From: Bacteroidota bacterium
GTDB taxonomy: Bacteria > Bacteroidota > Ignavibacteria > UBA10030 > UBA6906
Reading direction: 5' to 3'
Assembly: GCA_046160825.1 (NCBI GenBank)
Contig: JBJXHC010000075.1
Location: 991 to 64,990 of the forward strand
DNA: 64,000 nt
Shown: piece by piece, positions 57,774 through 64,000 of the stretch
Layout: every line of letters starts with the position of its first letter
How positions within the stretch are numbered: position 1 is the stretch's first letter
Translations under genes and position numbers: made by a program
Notes under the pieces: model-generated
Told to the model about the DNA's origin: nothing
Databases searched by the model: none
The model's input: the letters and a program-made list of their open reading frames with translations, nothing else

Positions 57774-60068
57774 TCAGGTTACGTGTTCCTCCACGAGGAG
57801 ATCATGTATTGTCCGAAGCAGCGTGTCCGCCGTGTAAGGTTTCGGAAGGACAGCATCCACACTCTCTTCATCCAGTGCCGTGTATCCCGAAGAAAGCCCA
57901 CTGGAGGCAACGATCTTTACAGTTTGATCGATGGCTCGAATGGTACGCACCATTTCTGGTCCGCTCATAACCGGCATCATCATATCCGTAAGAATCAAAC
58001 GAATTTGTCCCTTCATGCGGCTGTGTAGAGCCACGCCTTCGGTCCCATCGCCAGCAACAATGGCATGATAGCCGAATGATTCAAGCGTGGCCTTCGTAAT
58101 CTGGCAAATGGCTGCCTCATCATCGACGATCATAATCAATTCGCCGTTTCCGTGCAGCATCTGTGGGCGCGATTCCAGGGTGGATTGTACGGAATCCGTA
58201 TCGGCCGCCGGAAGATAGATCCTGAATTCCGTGCCCCGCGATTCCCTACTTGAGACAGCAACGAAACCTCCGTGCCCACGCACGATGGAAAGAACCGTCG
58301 AAAGTCCCAGGCCCGTTCCCACTCCAACATCTTTTGTGGTGAAGAACGGATCAAAGATTTTGTGAATAATCTCCTGTGGAATGCCGGTTCCGGTATCTGC
58401 GACCGTAAGAACCATGTGTGGTCCTGTGTGTGCGCCCTGATGTCGTCTCGCGGTTGCTTCATCCACCTGCTCGTTCGTAAGTGAAAGGGTAAGTGTTCCT
58501 CCGTTCGGCATGGCATCGCGCGCATTGACAGAAAGGTTCAGCAATACCTGATGCAATTGCGTTGCATCGCCCGAAAACGACCAGATATCATGGGGGACAT
58601 GCGTCACGATCTCTATCGACCGCGGGAATGTTTCCTTGACGATGTTCTCCATCTCCTTGATGAGATGGTGCGGTTGAAGCGTAATTCGTTCTCCTTCAAC
58701 GCCACGGGCAAATGTCAACACCTGTTTCACCATTTCAGCTCCCCGTTTGGCGCTGAGCTCCAGCGAGCCCAACATCCTCTGGCTCGGCTCATCTTTGAAT
58801 CGGCTGCGGAAGACTTCCACCGACATGAGGATCGGTGCAAGGACGTTATTTAAATCGTGTGCAATTCCTCCGGCCAGTGTACCGATACTTTCCATCCTCT
58901 GGGCGCGCAAAAATTGCTTTTCCATCATCTTCTTCTCTGTGATATCCGAACTGACGACAAGTATGGACTTCGGATTTCCCGCCGTGTCCCGGATGGTTGT
59001 CCAGCGACTCTCCACAACGATTTCCTTTGCCTCCTTGGTCACTTGGCGAAGCTCCCCACGCCATTCGCCATTCCTAAAAAGAGCATCCAATGCATGATCG
59101 CTTGACGCAACAGTCGGGTGTTGCAGGAGCTCGGCAAACTTGCACCCAATTGCTTCTTCGCCTGTCCATCCATACAATTGCTCAGCGCCGGTGTTCCAAA
59201 AAACTATTGTGTCATCAAAATCGCGGACAACAATGGCATCTTGTGAAATATTGAGAAGTGCTGCCTGTTCACGGATTTTTTCCTCCGCCTGTTTCCGCTC
59301 AGTAATTTCCTGCAAGAGTTCCTTGGTCCGTTCTTTCACTCGTGTTTCAAGGTTGCGGTTCAGGTTCTCCAGTTCGCGGCGCGCAGATTCCAACCGATCC
59401 ACCATTTGATTAAATGACCGCGCAAGGTAGCCGACCTCATCATTGGAATACACGGTCGCCCTGCGTTTATGATCACCCCGTGCGATACGTTCCGCCGTTT
59501 GTACCATGTGTCGCAACGGGCCTGTGGCCATCAAACTGATACCGTACACAGCAATAACACCGATGACGAATATCGCGAGACTTACCAGTGCGATCGTTGT
59601 TTTTGTCCAATGAATTTCCGAACGGACTTTCCTCAAGGAGAGACCGAGATATGTTTGTCCAATCGTTCGACCGCCGCGGATGATTGGTGCTGCGGTTCGA
59701 TATAATTCCCCGTCGTGTGTGAAGCGTTCGCCAATACCTGTACTGCGGTAACGGAACATGTCCGCTTTGACTTTGTTGTGTGCCGCGAAGATTCTTCCGG
59801 AGTCGTCGAGAACGACAATGTAAACGATTTCGGGATTTTGTTTGACATTCTCGAATGCGTCGTGCGTCGTTGCCTTGTCGCGAGCAACGAGAGATGGTGC
59901 AACCACAAAAGCCGTCATCGTTGCAAGTCCGTCGCCCTTCTCCACACTCGCCCTCAACGCCTGGTCTTCGAGGCGGGAAGGGAAGTAGAGATAAATAAAC
60001 AGCGAGTTCACAGCGATGAATAAGACAAATAGCACTACCAGCTTAAGCCTGATGGATATATTGTCCAT
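57774..60068 (-). CDS. Membrane hybrid histidine kinase (periplasmic sensor-HAMP-PAS-HisKA-HATPase-REC)
   Basis: 2 TM helices, HAMP (DEVGYLARSFNQM), PAS, GIAHDLNN, FDPFFTTK, REC (DMMMP). Confidence 0.93.
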   Translation of the reverse strand: MDNISIRLKLVVLFVLFIAVNSLFIYLYFPSRLEDQALRASVEKGDGLATMTAFVVAPSLVARDKATTHDAFENVKQNPEIVYIVVLDDSGRIFAAHNKVKADMFRYRSTGIGERFTHDGELYRTAAPIIRGGRTIGQTYLGLSLRKVRSEIHWTKTTIALVSLAIFVIGVIAVYGISLMATGPLRHMVQTAERIARGDHKRRATVYSNDEVGYLARSFNQMVDRLESARRELENLNRNLETRVKERTKELLQEITERKQAEEKIREQAALLNISQDAIVVRDFDDTIVFWNTGAEQLYGWTGEEAIGCKFAELLQHPTVASSDHALDALFRNGEWRGELRQVTKEAKEIVVESRWTTIRDTAGNPKSILVVSSDITEKKMMEKQFLRAQRMESIGTLAGGIAHDLNNVLAPILMSVEVFRSRFKDEPSQRMLGSLELSAKRGAEMVKQVLTFARGVEGERITLQPHHLIKEMENIVKETFPRSIEIVTHVPHDIWSFSGDATQLHQVLLNLSVNARDAMPNGGTLTLSLTNEQVDEATARRHQGAHTGPHMVLTVADTGTGIPQEIIHKIFDPFFTTKDVGVGTGLGLSTVLSIVRGHGGFVAVSSRESRGTEFRIYLPAADTDSVQSTLESRPQMLHGNGELIMIVDDEAAICQITKATLESFGYHAIVAGDGTEGVALHSRMKGQIRLILTDMMMPVMSGPEMVRTIRAIDQTVKIVASSGLSSGYTALDEESVDAVLPKPYTADTLLRTIHDLLVEEHVT

Positions 60069-60108
60069 TGCTTATCAATCCTGACAATAGTTGAACCTCT
60101 GGACAACG

Positions 60109-60123
60109 TCAACTCCTATGCCA
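60109..60123 (-). promoter_or_regulatory. sigma54-type promoter (variant -12 GA)
   Basis: Minus-strand TGGCATAGGAGTTGA about 40 bp upstream of the kinase ATG. Confidence 0.5.
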
Positions 60124-60251
60124 TTACAACCACGATGTTTTCAATCATTTAGGGAGCAAATTGGGCAGATTCCGGAAGGGAGAGGAAATTTTGAGCCGGG
60201 AGAGGTAATCTTGGATCGGAAAAATGGGGTGAAAACAACGGGGCAGCCTGA

Positions 60252-60288
60252 AACAACGAAGGCGGGCATAGCGCCCGCCTTCGTTGTT
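60252..60288 (-). terminator. Perfect 16-bp hairpin, probable terminator of the DUF2911 operon
   Basis: AACAACGAAGGCGGGC-N5-GCCCGCCTTCGTTGTT just downstream of stop 60305. Confidence 0.7.
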
Positions 60289-60304
60289 GGTGAGGATGGT
60301 ACTG

Positions 60305-61273
60305 CTACTTGACTGAAAGCCTCACAGTATAAACTCTGTTCTCCCAACCAAGTGAGAGCGAGCCTGTCTCGCCGGAAGATTCAAGCTGGATGGTGAATGG
60401 GTCAATAGTCTTTTCCGATTCTTTCATTACCATCGCTACACGTACAAGGTCCATCGTCGGATCGTACTGTGCCGATCCCGGAGCCTTCTTGCTGATGATA
60501 AGCTCGAAAGAACCATTCCTTGGAAGCGAATAGAGTGTGTATGTTCCTGTGGGGATATCCTTGTCACCGATAGTGAGACTCTTTTCCGTTGAGAACACCG
60601 TTGCCTGGTTGGCACCGGTTCTCCAGATCGAATCCATCGGCACCAGCACACCCCAAATGTTTCTTCCGCGCATGAAGGGTTTGCTGTACTTGATGAAAAC
60701 CCTGCCTCCGCCGAGTAGCGCTTCCGTCGAATCCAATGGACTGATCGGCCGGATTGTATTACTCTTCTCAAATCTTGTCGAGACCAAAGTGTTTTCCCAC
60801 ATCAGTTGCAGTGTACCGGATGCATCGCCGGTTTTTTCGAGAGCAATGGTAAACTGCTCGACCGGCTTCTCCAGTGTTGTCACTTCTGCATCGAAGCGTG
60901 CAAGGTCCTGGAATTCTTCATAACCGGTTCCCCACTGTTTGGTCTGCTTGTTCAGAATCAGTTTCCAGCCGTTGGGAGAAGGAATCGTCCATAACGTGTA
61001 TGTCCCGCGCGGAACAGGAACCCCACCTATTACCATGTCGAAATTTGTCTTGAAGTGGGTTGCCTCGTTCGCACCCGTGCGCCAGACTTTGTCCCACGGC
61101 ACGAGATCCCCCATGATCTTTCGTCCCCGCATGGATGGCCGGCCATAGTTCACAGAGACGACATTGGTATCAAGGGTGAGTGATACCGAGTCTCGCGGAC
61201 TGAGCGATTGCTGCGCCTCGCCTGAAACTGTCACAAGCAAGAATATGAGAACGTATAAAGATGGATGTTTCAT
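60305..61273 (-). CDS. Secreted protein with two tandem DUF2911 domains
   Basis: Two copies of SP..Y(G/S)(R/K)P.MRGR...VP...WRTGAN.AT...GTYTL..P...WEN. Confidence 0.85.
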   Translation of the reverse strand: MKHPSLYVLIFLLVTVSGEAQQSLSPRDSVSLTLDTNVVSVNYGRPSMRGRKIMGDLVPWDKVWRTGANEATHFKTNFDMVIGGVPVPRGTYTLWTIPSPNGWKLILNKQTKQWGTGYEEFQDLARFDAEVTTLEKPVEQFTIALEKTGDASGTLQLMWENTLVSTRFEKSNTIRPISPLDSTEALLGGGRVFIKYSKPFMRGRNIWGVLVPMDSIWRTGANQATVFSTEKSLTIGDKDIPTGTYTLYSLPRNGSFELIISKKAPGSAQYDPTMDLVRVAMVMKESEKTIDPFTIQLESSGETGSLSLGWENRVYTVRLSVK

Positions 61274-61290
61274 CGGAATTGGTTCCTTAC

Positions 61291-62304
61291 TTACTTGAAT
61301 TTGATGGAATTGACAACCCGCTCATACACCGGGAGGTACACAGCGCGTTGCGGTTTGAACCAATCGAATGTCGCGCGCATAACCTTGTCGTTCCTTACAA
61401 CAAAATAAATCCGGCGCTCAACCACACCGCTGGCGGAATAGGTAAGATACTTTGCGGCCTCGCCACCGATCTTTGCATCGCCGAATGTGGCACCTCTGAA
61501 CTTGTCCTTGTTCTGGTCGAACACCTTCTCTACTGTCAAGCCCTGAGCCCCGAACACATCGAACTGGATATTGCAATCCAGCCGAACACCGCGCAACCCG
61601 ATAACAAGTTCATTCTTTCCTTTTGCAGGGTTGGTGAAGTTGAAGTTCTCCGGATACTCGAACGCGAACATCTTTGCGTCGTAACTTGTGAATGTCTCGG
61701 ACGGTAGAGTCTCATCGGCGCCAGCTTCCTTGGGTTTTGGAAGCTGGAAGGAGGCGAGTATGGCATCGAACACCGCTGCATGGGCGTTGTAGCGCTCTCC
61801 AAATCCGGAGAAGCCAAGATCATACATGATGGAGTCGCCGGCAATAAGAATATGATGACTGTTGATGATATTCCCTTCGCCGTAGTTTGCAACAAACGGG
61901 ACCTTCGTCCCTTGTGCCCCGGCCACCGTCAGGCTCTGTTCTTGTCCGAGTTGGACTCCCGATTGACTCCAATCGGTTTTGAGTTGATTGATTGCTCCTG
62001 CGGGGTCTGCGGTTTTTGTAACGCGGACTGCAACCTCCACACCCATGGCTCCGGGATCTGTCGGAACGCGGAATTTTCCTTCCACTCCTTCTGCGTTGTA
62101 AAACACCGCCTGTCCCACTTGTGTATTGGCCACCCAGCCTTTGGGATAGCTGATGGTGAACCCGATTCCCGGGTCAGTATAGGCGACCATTTCACCGACC
62201 GGAACCGGCTCCATTTTCTTTTCTCCCGCGCAGCCCATGAATAAAACCGCCGTGAGAGTGGTAACAAGCAGTACATTGGATAATCGTTTTCTGTTCATGA
62301 ACAT
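61291..62304 (-). CDS. Lipoprotein with two PsbP-like domains
   Basis: Lipobox FMG-C; YTDPGIGFTISYPKGW and YDAKMFAFEYPENF repeats, each ending ..ILASF / VVNSI. Confidence 0.6.
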   Translation of the reverse strand: MFMNRKRLSNVLLVTTLTAVLFMGCAGEKKMEPVPVGEMVAYTDPGIGFTISYPKGWVANTQVGQAVFYNAEGVEGKFRVPTDPGAMGVEVAVRVTKTADPAGAINQLKTDWSQSGVQLGQEQSLTVAGAQGTKVPFVANYGEGNIINSHHILIAGDSIMYDLGFSGFGERYNAHAAVFDAILASFQLPKPKEAGADETLPSETFTSYDAKMFAFEYPENFNFTNPAKGKNELVIGLRGVRLDCNIQFDVFGAQGLTVEKVFDQNKDKFRGATFGDAKIGGEAAKYLTYSASGVVERRIYFVVRNDKVMRATFDWFKPQRAVYLPVYERVVNSIKFK

Positions 62305-62323
62305 ATCCTCTCAGATTGTTGCA

Positions 62324-63826
62324 TTAGTTCTTGGGAACAACTGTGTCATACCAGGGTTTCTTCGCGCGGGTCCCGACTTCGTCAATGTGGACATGCTTCG
62401 CTTCTGTGTACTCCTTCAATCCATCAATACCAAACTCCCGACCGATGCCACTCTGTTTGTATCCGCCGAACGGCGCACGTTCACTGAGTAGATGCCATTC
62501 GTTGATCCATACAGTTCCTGTGCGTAATCTCCGCGCAACGCTCATTGCCTTCTCGGGATCCTTCGACCAGACGCCTCCACCCAAACCAAACACGGAATCG
62601 TTTGCCATACGCACGGCTTCATCCACTGTCCTGTAACGAATTACCGACAACACCGGGCCGAATATCTCTTCCTGGGCAATCGAAGACGAATTGAAGACGT
62701 GATCAAAAATTGTTGGCTCAACGAAGAAACCGCGTGCGCATTCAGGATCATCAGGTATTTTACCACCGGTAACCACGTCGGCCCCTTCCTGCTTGCCCTT
62801 TGCGATGTAGGCAAGGACGATGTCCTGCTGCTTCCTGGAAACAAGCGGACCGATGTCGGTGCTCATTTGCATTGGGTCGCCGATTTTCATCTTACGGGTT
62901 TTTTCCACCATGCGGTTGACGAACTGGTCTGCTTTGCCCTCCGGAAGAAAAAGCCTGGTGCCGGCCTCGCAACATTGTCCCTGATGGTAGAATATCGCGT
63001 ACAGTGCACCATCAACTGCCATTTCCATATCCGCGTCGTCAAGCACGATGTTGGCCGACTTCCCACCACATTCAAGCGTCACCTTCTTGAGTGTCGCTGC
63101 TGCTGCGCGCATGATTGACTGGCCAACAGGAGTCGAGCCGGTAAACGCCACTTTGTCCACCATTGGGTTCTTGGTCATCTCAAGCCCGGCGTCGCTGCCG
63201 AACCCGGTGATGATATTCACGACGCCCTTTGGCAGTCCGCACTCATGAATCAGTCGCGCAAGCTCCATGGCGGTGACGGGAGTTTCCTGGGATGGCTTGA
63301 GGACGATGGTGTTGCCGGCTGCGAGGGCAGGCCCCAGTTTCCAGATAGCCATCTTGAGAGGAAAGTTCCATGGGATGATAGCCGAGACAACACCGATGGG
63401 TTCTCTGAGCAACCAGTTTTTGCTGAAGCCGGGCTTGGAGACGGCGTCCAGCGGCTCGTCAAGATCAGTCAGCGCGAGTTTGGAAAAACTGTTCATGTTG
63501 CGTGCACTGAGGTAGATGTCTTCTTTTGCCTTGCGTAGCGTCGACCCGGAATCAGCGACCTCGAGTTCTGTAAGGAGGGTGGAGTTTTCGTTGATCTTAT
63601 CGGAGATAGCTTTGAGGTACGATGCGCGTTCCTCACGGGACATGCGCGGCCAGGGTCCTTCGTCAAACGCTGTGCGGGCAGCCTTGATTGCCTTTTGTGT
63701 GTCGCCTACACCGGCACGTGTAAATGAGGCAATAACTTCCTGATTGAAGGGATTGATGGAGGTGAAACTCTGGCGTTCTGAAGAATCAACAAATTCACTA
63801 TTGATGTAAAGCTGATACGTGCGCAA
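62324..63826 (-). CDS. NAD(P)-dependent aldehyde dehydrogenase
   Basis: IPWNFP, FTGST, LECGGKS (catalytic Glu), GQCC (catalytic Cys), EEIFGPV, PFGGYKQSG; TTG start. Confidence 0.95.
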   Translation of the reverse strand: MRTYQLYINSEFVDSSERQSFTSINPFNQEVIASFTRAGVGDTQKAIKAARTAFDEGPWPRMSREERASYLKAISDKINENSTLLTELEVADSGSTLRKAKEDIYLSARNMNSFSKLALTDLDEPLDAVSKPGFSKNWLLREPIGVVSAIIPWNFPLKMAIWKLGPALAAGNTIVLKPSQETPVTAMELARLIHECGLPKGVVNIITGFGSDAGLEMTKNPMVDKVAFTGSTPVGQSIMRAAAATLKKVTLECGGKSANIVLDDADMEMAVDGALYAIFYHQGQCCEAGTRLFLPEGKADQFVNRMVEKTRKMKIGDPMQMSTDIGPLVSRKQQDIVLAYIAKGKQEGADVVTGGKIPDDPECARGFFVEPTIFDHVFNSSSIAQEEIFGPVLSVIRYRTVDEAVRMANDSVFGLGGGVWSKDPEKAMSVARRLRTGTVWINEWHLLSERAPFGGYKQSGIGREFGIDGLKEYTEAKHVHIDEVGTRAKKPWYDTVVPKN

Positions 63827-64000
63827 TGAAGTTCAGTCGAATTGGAATGGAGGTGTGAACTCGAATGGCTCAAGATAGGCAAAAAGGGGGAATTCATCAA
63901 CTCCGATTATCACGGCCGTTGCGACTTAGTTGAGCCTCCTCGGATAGCTATCCGGCTGCTGTGGGTCAAACCTTGCGTCCGTCAATGCCATTGTGAAGAG

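Noticed and set aside
63926-64000. Possible 3' end of an upstream minus-strand gene (..FDPQQPDSYPRRLN*)
   Set aside because: Only 24 codons are visible, too little to support a call
1-64000. CRISPR arrays, tRNA/rRNA, IS elements, integrases, prophage
   Set aside because: No regularly spaced repeats, RNA gene signatures, or transposase/phage ORFs seen by eye; small RNAs could be missed without a covariance search

Overview
This is a gene-dense bacterial window of moderate GC. The gene content (DUF5103 T9SS-plug, DUF2911, 'MGQQQLLL' pilin-like genes, CcmF) suggests an Ignavibacteria/Chlorobi-related Bacteroidota anaerobe; this is inference. The first 35.5 kb is a redox and surface-appendage supercluster with four parts. 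(i) Rrf2 regulator, membrane polyferredoxin and methyltransferase. (ii) A leftward operon with two membrane-anchored, lysine-less GcvH-like proteins, a HybA/HybB(NrfC/NrfD)-type module with no catalytic subunit, a heme-c-motif sensor kinase, a sigma54 activator and an archaemetzincin. (iii) A divergent extracellular-electron-transfer-like cluster: 13-heme CbcL-like b/c cytochrome, tetraheme c554, ImcH-like NapC/NirT protein, OM porin, dodecaheme cytochrome, two multiheme lipoproteins and CcmF (45 CxxCH plus 4 CX3/4CH motifs counted by eye). (iv) An unusual type IV pilus operon with two PilB, PilT, PilC, PilM-PilN and PilO-PilP fusions, a short secretin, two essentially leaderless pilins and an Ig-like lipoprotein. 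Ten sigma54-type -24/-12 motifs sit upstream of transcription units, mostly with a non-canonical -12 GA/GG. The rest is largely housekeeping: uvrA, RlmI-like methylase, CCA enzyme, MacAB-TolC-type efflux, Sel1 protein, two hybrid kinases, DUF2911, PsbP-like lipoprotein and ALDH. I saw no rRNA, tRNA, CRISPR array or mobile element. All calls come from motif reading; no database search was run.
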